Shown here in pieces: positions 29,210-46,082 of a DNA stretch of 64,000 nucleotides (its first letter is position 1; every line of letters begins with the position of its first letter). The notes under the pieces were generated by a model that was given only the letters and a program-made list of their open reading frames with translations, ran no database searches and had not been told where the DNA came from. This DNA comes from the human T2T-CHM13v2.0 reference genome, Homo sapiens: NCBI RefSeq assembly GCF_009914755.1, contig NC_060934.1, one strand, 5' to 3'. A program made the translations under genes and the position numbers.

Positions 29210-30171
29210 CTGGGTTCCTGGTGGCAGCCCTGTGGGAGCTGGGACCAGTCACTTGTCCCTGGGCCTCAGTCTCCTCATCTGCAGAGCAGACCCAGCTCCT
29301 CTCCCTTCCTCACCCCCTGCTGTCTGCTTTCCTACCTTGTGTCATCCCACTGATTCACCTTGAAGGGCAGCTCCTGAGAAGGACCCTCCCCACCCAACCT
29401 ATGGTTCCATATATTATGCCACCCCATTTCTCCACGGCACTTTTATAAGAGCCAAGGGTTTCACGTTATAGAGAAAAATGACTTTCCCCTTCTCCAGCCC
29501 ATAGCCCAGTGCCGAATGACTTTAAATGGCTTTAAAGTCATTTTGCAAATCTGTTTATGGTGAGCCTTCCTCACTTGCTGGGCTCTTCCTACCAGCAGTG
29601 GTGAGAATGAACATTTATCAAGCACCTGCTATGTGCTGGGCATTGCTCTGGGAACCTCACATCCATTGCCCCATTTATCTTCATGACCGTGTAGATGAGA
29701 GAACTATATTGTTAATGTCCCCCATTTTACAGGTAAGGAAACTGAGGCCCGGAGATCAGGTACTCAGCTGTTGTGACCTAAGAAGAAAGTGGCAGAGGAA
29801 GAATTTGCCCCACGGCATTCTGAGCTCAAGAACACGTTTGTCTGTCATGCCTTCATCTGTGTGCAGCAATGTCCCCAGCTCCTAGCGCAGCACCTGGCAC
29901 ATGGCAGGGCCTCAAGAAACGTGTTGAATGAATGAACAAATTATCAAATTAGAAGACAGAATTACAGTTCACAAAGCACCCTTATATCTCTCCTCTCGCT
30001 TGACTCATGTAGCGGCACTGAGGGGGAAACATCACTATTCCCGAGTTTTTTAAGATGAGAAAACCAAAGGTCCAGTGAGACCAGGAGCAACCTTGCCTGG
30101 AGGTGGATTCTCCATGGGCTGCTTTAGGCTATTTTGTTTCTTTCAGATCTTGTGCTTTATTTAAAAGTTGT

Positions 30172-31667
<1,496 letters not shown>

Positions 31668-31980
31668 TAAAGTTGCATGTACATTTTGCATGTACATAAT
31701 GCAATGTACATTTTGCATTATTGTGGAATGCATATGCGTTGTGCACTCCACAATATATCTGTTTTCTCAACAAAACTAACATCTTAGATTTCCATTACTT
31801 GTTTCTAAAATGTTTTATTGTGAAAAATTTCAAGGATCCAGAAAAGCAGAGAGAATGCTATAAGGACCCCTCAGGTACCCATCACCCAAATTAATTTGTA
31901 AAAATCAACTCTAAGTAAAATTGCTTTCCCAGGAAAAACAGTAACAGTTGCTATCATTTACAGTTCATGTGTAAATATGC

Positions 31981-32374
31981 TGACACGGTTTGGATGTTTG
32001 TCCCCTCCAAATCTCATGTTGAAATGTGACTCCCAATGTTGGAGGTGGGACCTGGTGGGAGGTGTTTGGGTCAAGGGGACAGGTCCCTCATAAATGGCTT
32101 GGCTTAGTACCATCCCCTTGGTGATGAGTGAGTTCTCAGTTCACTGACTCCTCCTCTGCTCTCTCCTGCTCTTGGTCCTACCATGTGTTGTGCCCGCTTC
32201 CCATTTGCCTTCACCATAATTGTAAGCTTCTTGAGCCTCACCAGAAGCCAAGCAGATGCCAATGCCTTGCTTTCTGTTCAGCCTGCAGCACCGTGAGCCA
32301 TTTACACTTCTTTTCTTTATGAATCACCTAGTCTCAGCTATTTCTTTATAGCAACACAAAAATGGACCGACACG
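31981..32374 (+). mobile_element. MST-family solo LTR (MSTB-like)
   Basis: tgacacggtttggatgtttgtcccctccaaatctcatgttg...tttctttatagcaacac; perfect 5-bp TSD tatgc. Confidence 0.85.
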
Positions 32375-33869
32375 TATGCTCACTTAGTTTTCACAGTTCT
32401 CCCTCTAAGAAGTCCACACTTATGTTGGCCTCTATTTCAGATGGGGACGTTGGGGGTGGTGAGGTCAAGTCACCTGCTGGAAGTCTTGGGGCTAGAAGGG
32501 GCAGAGCCAGGAGTCACCCAGAGCCGGTCTGCTTAACCACCAAGTAGCCCTGCCAAGAGCCTGGAGGTCAAGTAAGTGCTTTAAAACAATTCAAGGAAAT
32601 GGGGCTATGCCCTCTTTCTTTGAAGTCTAAAGTTTGCATTAAAGTCACATGGTTTCTGAATTATCCCATAGCAAGTCAGCCAAGACACCTGGTCTTTCCT
32701 TCATCCTCCCCTCATTTATTCTCATTCAGCCTCTCTCTCACTTATTCATCCTATCCGTCAATCATTCTCTCCTTCCATCAGACATGTGCTGCAACATAAA
32801 ATCTAACCAGACACAGGCCCAGCCCTCAAGTAGCACCCAGACCTTGTGAAAAAGAGAGAAACAAACACAACCAAAATTCAAGGCAGACTTCAACCAGTAC
32901 CCTCATGTATGAAATTTACAAGAAAATTTCACCTATCTTCTGCTTCAGGGAGCAAAAGAGCAGGGTGCAAGGAGTGCAGTAGTTAAGGATGTGGGTTAGG
33001 GAGTTAGATTATACTTGCTCCATCCCCGCCTAGCTGTGTGGCCTTGAGTGACTCATCTACCCTCTCTGATTCACTTGTAAAAGAAGATTGACATGAACCC
33101 TTTTATACTAGGGCCATTGGAACATTTCCTTAGATAATGCTTAACCCAGTTTCTGCAACAAAGGAATCTCTCCATCAATGTTAGCCATTATAACTGGCCA
33201 TTACCTATAGCCCACTCTCAGTAATGACTCCTGACCTGCCTGAGTGAGGCAGGAGCTTTGTAAGAGAATGTATGCATTTGCAAGCCAGCTAGGATATTTT
33301 CCTTAACAGAATTTTCTCAGAAAGTCTGTAAATCAAGAAAATAAATGACACAAAAAATAAAAGTCCTCAGCCTTCCCTACTCAGCTGGCCAAGGGATGTT
33401 GGCCACGTGTGGGAAGTACAATCTGGTGGTCAGCGGAGCAGGGACAAAGATGCCCTGTTGTTTCACAGCCTGGCGCTGGCATGCTGGTATGCTGGCACAA
33501 ATTCCATGATCCTGCAGGGCAAACCCATGGCAGTGGGGCCAGGATGGTCAGGGCAAGGCCTGCGGGCTCAGACAGGCCTGTGTCCCATTCAGCCTCTTTC
33601 CAGGACATCCCTCTTCCTGGGTAAGGACCAAGAGGACCCTGAAAAGACACCTGGCACACTGAGCACTTCACTAGCTGCAGTTATCACTATGATCAGTGGT
33701 GAGATAACACCCAGCCTGGGCTCAGGATCCCTGGCTCCAAGACCAGGTTCTGTCTTTTGCTGTGTGGCTTTGCACAGGTCACCTAACCTCTCTGATGCCC
33801 AGTCTCCCCATCTGTAGAATGAGGACAAAAATCATACTTATTCTTCCTGCCTCATCCTGCCTGTCATAG

Positions 33870-34152
33870 ACCTGGAGTGGAATCCCAACTTTGCTGCTTC
33901 TTAGTTTGTGATCTTAGTTACTGTAAGCCTTATTTTCCTCATCTGTGAATGGGAATAATTATGGCACCCACCTCCCAGAGCACAAATTCCATGATCCTGT
34001 AGGGCAAACCCCTGCAAAGAGTCTGAAAGTAAAGTAAGTGTTCTAAAAGAATTCAAGGAAATGGGTCTACGTCCTCTTTCTTTTGTGAAGAGTAAGTGAG
34101 GTGGTGCGTGTGGAGTGCTTGGTCTGGAGTCTGGCACGTGGTACCCACTCCA
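33870..34152 (+). mobile_element. MIR split by a ~100-bp composite templated insertion
   Basis: MIR core up to cacccacctcccagag (33980) resumes at ttgtgaagagtaagtgag (~34083). Confidence 0.65.
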
Positions 34153-35233
34153 GGATAGAGAAAGGAGCTCCTCGGTAGAGAAGGGCTACATCACTACAAG
34201 TCTAATCATATGAACACTCGCTTCACTCCAGTGCTTGCTCATTTTCTGCTGGGCACTAAGCCAAGCACTCAGCTACCTCATTTCACCTTCCCAAGGGAGC
34301 CAGCCTCATGCCAGGGCAGGAGCAGCCCTCGTAGGCAACATAGTAGAGACACGGGCCGGGCCTTCCTCTCCCCACCCTGGCAGGGGTCAGCTATGAGCAA
34401 TTTAGTCACCACTGGCTACACAGCCAGGTAATGCCCTCAAACTGCTCCACCGAAGTCCTTCCCAGGCTGGCAATGTGGTGGGAGGGAGGAGAAGGAAGTG
34501 GGCTCTTCCCTAACCAGCCTGTACCTGGACAGTCTTCACTCATAACGGGGAAAACACACTGTCTTGACCCATCCCCCCTCAGCTCACTGCGAGGATGGAA
34601 AGTGCTAAGATCTGGATAAAGGTAAAATGGCCAAATAAAAGAAAATTATGTATTTCATCCCCCAAAAGATTTGTTATTTTCTACGTTTCCTATTTTGTCC
34701 AGTATCCTGATAAAGTTCTAAGTTTAGAGCAAAAGAAGAATTAAAGAAAAAAATCAAAATATTAAACTTTTTAAAAGTTAAGTTTCTGGTTTTTAGAAAC
34801 TAAGAAAATTGGGGATAAGAAGAAAAATAGACACTGAGCAAATAGGTTGCATCAATGTGATCTAACAGGTGTGTAACGTGCATGTGAGCCTAAGTGTGTG
34901 CATGTAAATGCATCTGTATCTCTCAGAGTCCAAGAACTAAATACTCAAAAGTCACAAAGAAATATGCTCAAGAAGAAACATACAGATAAATAAAAATATG
35001 AACAGAATGACCGATCTTGTCAGTAATTTATTTCTGTGTGTATATGGTTAAACACTTATTAAACACAGGTAAGTTATAAAACAATAAAACAATAACATCT
35101 AATAATGAGATCACAGTAGAGTCTATACTTTCATACATACATGGATGGAGTCATCGTAAACTAAGGACTTGCATACTTTGGGAAATCCTATGGCAACACT
35201 TAGAAAACACTGACCAGTTAGTCTTTCTCTTAG

Positions 35234-35564
<331 letters not shown>

Positions 35565-35641
35565 TATCCATGTATTTTTAAATGTTAATTGATGCGAGGA
35601 GTACAACTGAATAAAATTACAAACATAAATATGAAGGTGGC

Positions 35642-35944
35642 GGCTGGGCACAGTTGCTCACATCTGTAATCCCAGCACTTTGGGAGGCTGAGATGAGCAG
35701 ATCACTTGAAGCCAGGAGTTCGAGACCAGCATGGCCAACATGGTGGAACTCCGTCTCTACTAAAAATACAAAAACTAGCCAGGCATGGTGCTGCATGCCT
35801 GTAGTCCCAGATACTTAGGGGGCTGAAGCACGAGAATCATTTAAACCCAGCAGGCGGAGGTTGCAGTGAGCCAAGATCGTGCCACTGCACTCCAGCCTGG
35901 GTGAAAGAGTGAGACTGTCTCAAAAAAAAAAAAAAAAAAAAAAA
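35642..35944 (+). mobile_element. AluS
   Basis: Alu consensus, poly(A), TSD aaggtgg. Confidence 0.92.
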
Positions 35945-35997
35945 GGTGGTGTAGTAACATGAGAAAATGTCACTTATTAAGCGGGGGATTGGGAGGA

Positions 35998-36320
35998 GGC
36001 TAAGTGCAGTGGCTCACGTCTGTAATCCCAACACTTTGGGAGGCCAAGACAGGCGAATGGCATGAGCCCAGGAATTCAGGACCAGCCTGGGCAACATGGC
36101 AAAACCCCATCTCTACCAAAAAAAAAAAAAAAATACAAAAATACAAAAATAAAGAGCCAGGCGTGGTGGGGCACATCTGTAGTCACATCTACTTGGGAGG
36201 CTGAAGTGGGAGGATCACCTGAGCCTGGGGAGGTTGAGGCCGCAGTGAGCTGTGATTGTTGCACTGCAGCCTGGGCAACAGAGCAAGACTCTGTCTCAAA
36301 AAAGAAAAGAAAACAAAATT
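35998..36320 (+). mobile_element. AluJ
   Basis: Diverged Alu with gaggttgaggccgcagtgagctgtgat. Confidence 0.85.
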
Positions 36321-39300
36321 TTACAAGCAGAAAAACACCCATAAATAATGATGATAACCACTAAAAGTATGCCTGCATACGAACACCTCCTAGCCTGTAG
36401 AAAGATCAAACAGTTGTGCTAAGGTGGAGGGATAATGAGGGAGGCTTTGCCATTTCCAGGTTTCCCTTAAGGCTTTATAATCTTTTTCTGTCTCCCTCTT
36501 TCTCTGAACTCTGTCCGGAGACTGATGCCTCTCACTTCCAGGGAAGGGTAGGGGGCTGTATCCTAACTCTACTGTCACTCTGGCTCTCGCCATTTGATTT
36601 GGCTCCTAAATTGTGTTGCTCTTTCTCGAAAATGCAGCTCTCAAAACAAACTGGCTGGTGTGCTTGTGAGATCAGAGACAGACAGCTCCAGCAAATACTT
36701 GATTCGAGAAAACACATTACACTGTGTGCTGGGGCCAAGGAATTTCACATTTGGACAGGAAATGTCAGTCCCCACAAAAGGCCTTCTGAGGCCCCAAGAG
36801 TGAGCTCAGAATGGCTGCCCTTCCCTGAGCCTGCTCGCCTTGGCACACGGGCACCCTCTGGGCACCGGCCCATGTGGGTGGGGCTCACTCTACCCCCATA
36901 ACCCAAGGCCTGCAGCCGCCTCTCAGCCTGTTCTGAATCTTGTGCTCCTTTGAGAATCTGATAAGTGCTCAGACTTTGCAAACCGTTTTGAAAGGTTTAT
37001 AGATCTACATAGTGGGAGTTCATTCATTCATTCACTCATTTGTGCACTAAAACAAGCATGGATTAAGGGTCTGTTATGTATTACAAGGATAAATACAAAG
37101 GTGGGAAAACACAGTTGATGGTCTTCAGTGGGAGATGGAAAACAAGAGAATACAACTTCCAATGAATTGAGGGTGGGCCAGTCCAGGTGTAAAGTTGCAT
37201 CAGTATCAAAAGCTAATATTGAGCACTTACTAGATGCCAGGCATCCTTCTAGGCCTTCTCCATGGCGTATGTAACTCATTGTGGATTATGTTTAATTCAC
37301 TTAATCTTCCAACAACCCTAGAGACAGGTAATAGTATTATATTCACGTTAAAGGCTAGGAAATGGAGGCACAGGAAAGGTTCAATAACTTGTTTAAGGAT
37401 GGTCAGCAAAAAAGCTTGAGACCTGGAACTCTGACCACTCTGGTGCTCAGACTGGTAACCAAGCCACCGCTGCCACAGTAGGCTTAGCTGGGGGAAATGG
37501 GGGATGACCTGCAAATGGGAGGAGGCCCCTCAGGATTCCTGGAGTTCTCTCTGTGAATTGGCACGTTAGTGTTACGGATTTTGCCTGTGTCCCAGGAGCT
37601 GGGTTAACAGCATGAGTCTCCCAGGGAGAAGCAGCTCTCGCATGGGCTGACCCCTCCAGGTCCAAGTGACAGGGCTGACGATCAAAATCCAGACACCAGA
37701 AACCGTCCATGTAGGGCGACGCTGAGTGTACCCGTGTAGACAACCAGGCCCCTCTCCCAAGGTCACCTGACTTCCCTCCAAATGCCCTTCCCTTCAACAG
37801 CAAAGAGTGAGAGGGAGGCACTCCAGAGTTACATTCATCATCCGCACACGGCAGGAGGTTGGACAAATGCAAAATCACCTGGAGACAGAATGTCTTTCAG
37901 GCTGAAACCAGGAAGAAAGAGAGGCAGCGGAGGTCAGGGTTAAGAGCACCGGCCTGGGTTTGATTTCTTGCTCTGTGACTTTGGGCACTGCTTGGTACCT
38001 TGGTTTGGTCACCTGTAAAATGGGAATAATAACTGTACCTACTTCATAGGGATGTGATGAAGATTAAACGAGTTCATACATGTGCAGGGACAGTGATAAC
38101 ACCAAAGAGCCAAGGATTGTCAGCTGCTATTGATTAGAGACTGAGCGACCTATTAGAATGGCCACATCCAGATAAATACAAATCCCATCTATCTACTTCT
38201 CTACCTATGAGATATGTGCATATAAAATTGTGCATTTAAAAGACTAGAAAGCAATGCACTAACATATCAATAGGAGTAGCCTCTGCATAGTAAGATGACA
38301 AGTGACTTATTTTTTTCTTCCCACTTCTCCACCCCCACAACATTTTCAATAAGTAACATGTTTTTCTTTTATAACAAGAACAGGATCAATAAATGATTAT
38401 TTAAAATCCACTCAACAGAAGTGGGATAGGTGGTTTAGAAGCAGAGGATGAGGTTGGAAAGGATGTCTTAATGCTAGGTACCTAACAGCCTTCAGCGAAG
38501 GTACCTTGATACATGGATTTCAGTCTCTTTCAGACCCATGTCCTGCCTTCTGAGAAGCATCGCTAGCTCTGCTCACCCTTGCCCCACACTCATTCCCCTT
38601 TCACTCTGCCCATGTCCAGGCCTCCTCAATGCATTGCCCTGTGACTTCTGATTGCCGTTTATGAATCACCTACTATGTGCCAAGCTCTGGGAGGCTAATT
38701 CACTAGGTGAACTCTGAGCTGAGGTCCAGAAAGCAAATGAGTTGCCCAGGACCACCCGGCCAGGAGGTGGCATGGCTGGAATTCACACCCACATCACTTA
38801 TCACTTCAAGTCCAGAGCTCATCTTACTGGACAGCTCCATGATACAGGGAAGTCATGGGTTACAGGAATATGAGGCCAGCGGAGATGGTTCCTGTTTTCC
38901 AGTTAGAATCCCTGCCTGTGGATCATTTGTGTTTGTGTGCATGTGTATACATGTGTGATTGTGTGTGCATTTTAGAGAGAGGGAAAGAGAGGAAGTGAGA
39001 TAAAAAGAAATAATATATATATATTTATCAAATGTTTCTCAAAGACTCTAAGAACAGATAGCAACACACAGAGCTTGCTCAAGTTTTTTGAAGAATTAGA
39101 GAAACTGAATTTAAAACCAAGGAAATAAAGAGTGTGGACTCAGATGAGTAGAAAATAGAAAAGCCTGATCCTGTGGAATGCTCTGGGGTGAAGGCAGGCC
39201 TCGGCTGATTCTAGATCCTGGTTCCTGACAACAGAATCCTGGAAGTTCAAGGTCAGAAGGAACTTTAAAGGTGATGTTGATGCAGAAACCCCTTCTGCTG

Positions 39301-40022
39301 CACCCCAGACAGCCGGCTTGTTTCAGATTCTCTTTTGATGGGAACTCAGGACCTGAAGAAACAGCACATTCCCTCGTCTCAGAGAGATGTCAGCCAGCTC
39401 TTCCTCTCATAGCTGTTTTCTCTTTGGTCTTAATTTCACCCTCTGGAGTAATGCAGAATAAATCTGCCCTTCTATCCAAGAAAGTTTCTGTATCCATTAA
39501 GGTATATCCAGCTGCAAATAATCAAAAGTCCTAACTCAATAACAAGTCATTTCAGAGGTAGTTCTGTCTCCATCTCTGTGGCTCTGCCCAGTTTCACTGT
39601 TAGCTTGACCTCAGGAGGTCAGCAAAATGGCAGCTGCCCCTCCCTGTGTGCTTTGGAGCCATTCAGTGTCAAGAGGAAGATGTTAATATGTCTTCTTGTG
39701 GGTCTTTCTTCTCAGAATCCCCTCAGCCAACCTCTCCTCACTTCTTATTGGACAGAACTAGATCTCATGACCACTCTGAAGTCTAAACCAATGACAGGCA
39801 AGGACAATGGAGTTACCTTAATTGGTTTAAGTGGATCTGGGCTTACCTCTGAGCTGGGGACAGGGTCACCTTCCATGAGGATGAACAAATTCAGGGCTCT
39901 TCCATCAGGGAATAAGGGGGAAATGGATGTTGAGTAAATGACAGTGGCTTTGACAGCATTCAGTACTGGGGTTGCAGAGGGATAGAAGACATCTCCTCAG
40001 GTGGAATTCAGTGGTTTCTGCT

Positions 40023-40381
40023 TGATATGGTTTGGCTGTGTCCCCACCCAAATCTCATCTTAAATCGTAGCTCCCACAATTCCCACATGTTGTGGGAGGG
40101 ACCTGGTGGGAGGTAATTGAATCATGGGGCTGGGTCTTTCCCATGTTATTCTCATGATAATGAATAAGTCTCATGAGATCTGATGGTTTAATAAAGAGGA
40201 GTTTCCCTGAACAAGTTCTGTTCTCTTGTCTGCCGCCATGTGAGATGTGCCTTTCACCTTCCACCATGAGGGTAAGGCCTCCCCAGCCACATGGAACTAT
40301 GAACCCATTAAACCTCCTTCTTTTGTAAATTGCCCAGTCTTGGGTATATCTTTATCAGCAGTATGAAAACAGACTAATACA
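40023..40381 (+). mobile_element. THE1-family solo LTR (THE1B-like)
   Basis: tgatatggtttggctgtgtccccacccaaatctcatc...agcagtatgaaaacagactaataca; TSD ctgct/gtgct. Confidence 0.9.
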
Positions 40382-41378
40382 GTGCTTACCCAGGATCCAC
40401 TCATTCTCATTCTGCCAGAGCAGCACCTATTTTTGCTCTGAAGGATGAGCTCTTCCTTGAGGCCCTCAGCCCAGGAACCTGTCCTCTTCAAGTCATGGTT
40501 AATCAGCTTCTTTGGTAATTATATGAGCTGCCCCATATCTTTCTAGTACATTCTTTTTTATAGCTTCAATAGCCAGACCCAGTCTCTATTACTTGCAGCC
40601 AAAGAACTCTAACCAGCCCATCAGATTCAAGGGCACCGAGAGCTCCCTGTTTCACTCTCCCAGGCTGGTAGCAGCCTAAGAACAGTGCACAGAGCCCTGG
40701 AGTTTAGAACCCAGGATCAAGAGTCAGAAACTGGATTCATAGCAATCCTCTGACTAGCTGTGTGACCTTAAATAAGTCACTCCACACCTCTGATCAGTCA
40801 GTCCCTGGAATCTCCTTGCTCCCAGCAGGACTGGAAAGAAAACACATGAATGTGCCCTCAAACTCAAGACATCCCACTGAACTCGGGGGTCCTAGACATA
40901 AGCCACAAGTCCCCATGTACTTGCTCAATGAATTATCAAATTCCAAATCACATCACTTCTCAACACCTCAGTTTTCTTTTTTTTGTAAAATGAGAACACT
41001 AATAGCATTACCCAGGGTTTTTGCGTAATTACACAGAATGATATTTGTGAAAGTACTTTCTACTCTGTTAATGCCACAAAGTGCAAGGGACGGATATTCC
41101 CAATATCTGCTGGAAACATTAGCTTATTTATTCACATAACAAAACAAATGGTATTAAAGTATAAGTGTAGGCAGTCGTCCCCTCTCCCTGCTTTTTCTTG
41201 GTGTTTGGGTTTCTAGGATAACAACGGAGATAAAGGATAAAACACATGCAAATATGCGCTCAACTAGAGAAGCCAGAGGCTAGCTAGATGTACGTGGGGA
41301 AAAGAACTATAATTCTCATAGAGGTTAAAAAAAAGAAAAAAGTAAAATAAATAAATTTTTAAAAACATCCTTGATCTA

Positions 41379-42025
<647 letters not shown>

Positions 42026-42694
42026 TCCTTGATCTAAAACGTGAAGGTGGAAGGAAAAACAGAACAGACCCTAAGAAGAAAGTTCACAAACCTAGAGAGG
42101 AGAGAGATGCTAGAGGTGGCTATCAGGAATATGAGAAAATGAGAGGTAGGGGAGGGAGAAGCAGGCAGTGATAACAAAAAAAAAAGGATTTTTCAGGTTT
42201 TGCTGGATGTTAAGAATGTTCCCCTTTACATTTTCTTGAGAGACTACAGGAAAGTTTTAATTTGCTTTCAATTATTTTTGGATGTTGTGCTAGTCTTTGA
42301 ATGCAACATTGTGCTAAGGCTGGCCTGGACGACAGCCCAGTTTTTTGCAGCTTATATACCAATATTCACTGAGTTCCTTTCACATGCTAGGCACTGTGCT
42401 AGGCTCCAAATACAGCGTGGCCCTTGTCCTCACGGACCTTTGGCGTAGCATAAGCCGCCTGGCCTGTCCCCTGCCTCACTCTCCTATCCTGTTGGTCACC
42501 AGACCATACAGACTTCCAGAATGGCTCCTCATCAGCCCTGTGGGCACCTCCTCAGATGAAGACCTTGTCACTTCCCACCTGGATGACTGTCAGTTCATCT
42601 CCCTGCCTCTGGTCCCAATCCCTCACCCCTAATCCATTTCTACCCTGCTGCAAAGGTGTGTATGTTTTTCTTTTTTTGTAAAATACATACCTGA

Positions 42695-43292
<598 letters not shown>

Positions 43293-44459
43293 TAAGGCAG
43301 TTCTCTCTTTACACTCAGCAATGACTTGGGTATGTCTGTACCTGACACTCAGCTGCCACCATCTTAAGGACAGTAGCTACATCATGGTCACCTCTAGCAC
43401 AGCTCCAGACACATGGTAAATGCATAAAGAAGTTTTGTTGCTGATGGTGACAGAGCTGACAGTGTATGAAAAGATATACCCTGGTGTTGGTAGGAGGCAG
43501 CCCAACTTAGTATTCAACTTGAACTCAGGCATGGTGGAAACTTGCTGCTTCTGAATGGATCTGGCTTTGCTTTTCTATCTCAATGTACATATGGGCTAGG
43601 AGAAGCCAAATGATCTTTTAGCTAATATTTTAAAATAAAATGTTTTCAAATGACACCGGTGAAACACGATCATTTTCAAGCAATAATAACTGACAAGAAA
43701 TGTAAAGAAAAATCTCTTGTGAAAAACCCCTACCCCCAGAAAATACTGCTCACATTCTGATAGTAGCCTCTGCAGACCTCTTTCTTCTGCATACATCGCT
43801 TCTGTTTGTATAGTGCGATATGATCCAGTCTCTCCATGCATACAGGGCAGGTCCCCAGCTTCCCAGAATCTGGGTGGAACTGCCCCCAGCAGGGTGGGGC
43901 CAGGGGACCCTCTATTTGAGGCCTTGGCCCTGGGCAAAGACATAGCTGGCTCCAGTCCCAACTTGGGGCCATCTCCAGGCAGACACAAAGGGGTCATTTT
44001 TCTCTCCCTCATGAACAAAATGTGCTCTGGACTAGGAGGTTTTTTTGGGTTACAAGATTCAACTGAATTGGAAAAGATCATCTGAGGTTTCTAAGAAAGT
44101 CAGATTTAAGGACAGCATAGACTGAAGCTTTATTTTTGTCCAAAATAATCATAAATTATGAAAGCCACTGGTTGGAAGCTGGGGCACAGCAGGCTTTTGT
44201 GGAGAAAGAAAAAGCATGAGTAAAATGTAGACACTGATAGGACCATGGCGTTATTGGGGGGGCGGTCGGCAATGAGCCTCTCTCACTTCCCTGCAACCTT
44301 TGGGGGGGTGTTCCAGGAAGTCTATGACTGGAGGCTACAAATGAGTTAATGTCAGGATTTATCCAGTGCCAGGGCTGAGTCTCATGGGACCTCCCCTGCC
44401 TCCTCATGGGACCCTCTATTACAGCTCCCAAGGCAGTGGTGAATTTCCTTCTAACTCAC

Positions 44460-45980
44460 TATGGAAAAAGCCTTTCCACTGGCACTACTTTTATGGAAGC
44501 CATAGCTGCATGTATTATAGATTTATACTTTGATCCAGCAACCCCATATCTAGGAATCTACCTACAAATACAAACCAACAATGTGAAAGGTTATTATCGT
44601 AGGCTGAATTGTGATTGCAAAATAGTGGAAACAACATAAATGATCATTCATAGACAAGTTGAAAATACAATATGGTAGATTCACTCAATGAAATTCTATG
44701 CAGTCATAGAAATAAATGAAGAAAAGCCCTATCAATAGACATGGAGCAATTTCTAGGACATGTTAAGAAAAACAAGCAAAATACAAAAGACTACATAAAG
44801 AGAGTATTCTATGTTTTGTGTTAAAAAGGAGTGGGGAAATATACATATATATTTATGTTTAGTTTTGCAAAAACAAACACAACAGCCATACACTAGAAAC
44901 TAACAAAATGGAGGGGGCAGAGTGAAAGGGATGGGGATGATGGTGAGACATCTTATGATGTCTTTTTATAGTTTTTATATCTTTTTATACAGTTTTGACT
45001 TGGAGTGCTTTATATACCCGAAAATCAATTTAAATCCAAAGGGTTTTTAAAGAGCAAACCCTATATTTGACATAAATAGAAACAAATAAACCTTACTATC
45101 CATCATATGAGTAGTAGAGATACAATATAGCCACACAAAAAAATCATTAATTCAAGTAATTTTGGATGTAGTACTCTAACTGTGTATCTTTAATATACAT
45201 TTTCTAATGATAAAAAGAACACAAAGAAATCTTGAACTTCATTTAGCAGGCTTGTTGGGGATAGAAGTATTGGTGCTGTAATTCTGAAACTATTCTTTTG
45301 TGTAGTGAAGGATTGAATAAATGAGTAAAGATGTGATGTGGGGACCAGTGTTTTGACTTTGGAGAGGAGAGATGCAAACATAGAATGGGGAAAGGTGAGG
45401 TAAATGCATGCTACTGGATACATCTGTATGTACTCATGGTTTTGAGAACAGCTTAGTTCTGTTCTCTGGAAAGACCTAGAAGCAATGACACTCCAGTGAC
45501 AATGAGCACACCTAGTGCCCAGGTTTTGGTTTCTAAATACCATTCCCCACCCAAAAGCACATGGGCTCCTTGGTGATATAGCTGATTCCAGGACTAGGGT
45601 AGGAAAAGTCCAAATTAAACCTGAAACATCAAAAAAAATTTAAATTAAATAAGTAAAATAAAACCTGAAACATCATATAGTGGCAGAAGGGCTGAAAGAC
45701 CAAGGAGGCAATACTAAAAACACAGAAAGGCCAGCAAGAAGGAGCTCCCACTGGCCAAATCCGGGACCATAGGAGGGGGAAAAAGGAATAATGGTAGTAA
45801 TTTATTACAATAAACTGAATTTTTAAAATAGACCTAGAAGTCCATAATCATATTAAAAATAAAAGATATTTACAGAAAGAGGGCAGAAAGGAAGATTTTT
45901 AGAGGTACATGAGTGTTGATTGCACTATTCTTATAATTCCTCTGTAGGTTTGAGAACTTTCAGGATTAAAAGTTGAAGGA
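44460..45980 (+). mobile_element. Old L1M (L1MC/L1ME-like) 3' fragments
   Basis: tttgatccagcaaccccatatctaggaatcta and gcaatgagcacacctagtgcccag...ttctaaataccattcccca motifs; AT-rich. Confidence 0.6.
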
Positions 45981-46063
45981 AAGAAGACACACACGTGTGG
46001 GGCAGGACACACCCGTTAGATGCTGAGAAACCTGCCATAGCCTGCTGTTCTCGAGGGTGGTGA

Positions 46064-46082
46064 TGGCGCCCCCTAGGGAGGG
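46064..46082 (-). promoter_or_regulatory. Candidate CTCF site
   Basis: Minus strand CTCCCTAGGGGGCGCCA closely matches the CTCF core (CCACCAGGGGGCGC). Confidence 0.5.

Noticed and set aside
28825-29448. 207-aa ORF
   Set aside because: Runs antisense through a THE1 LTR; no protein family resemblance.
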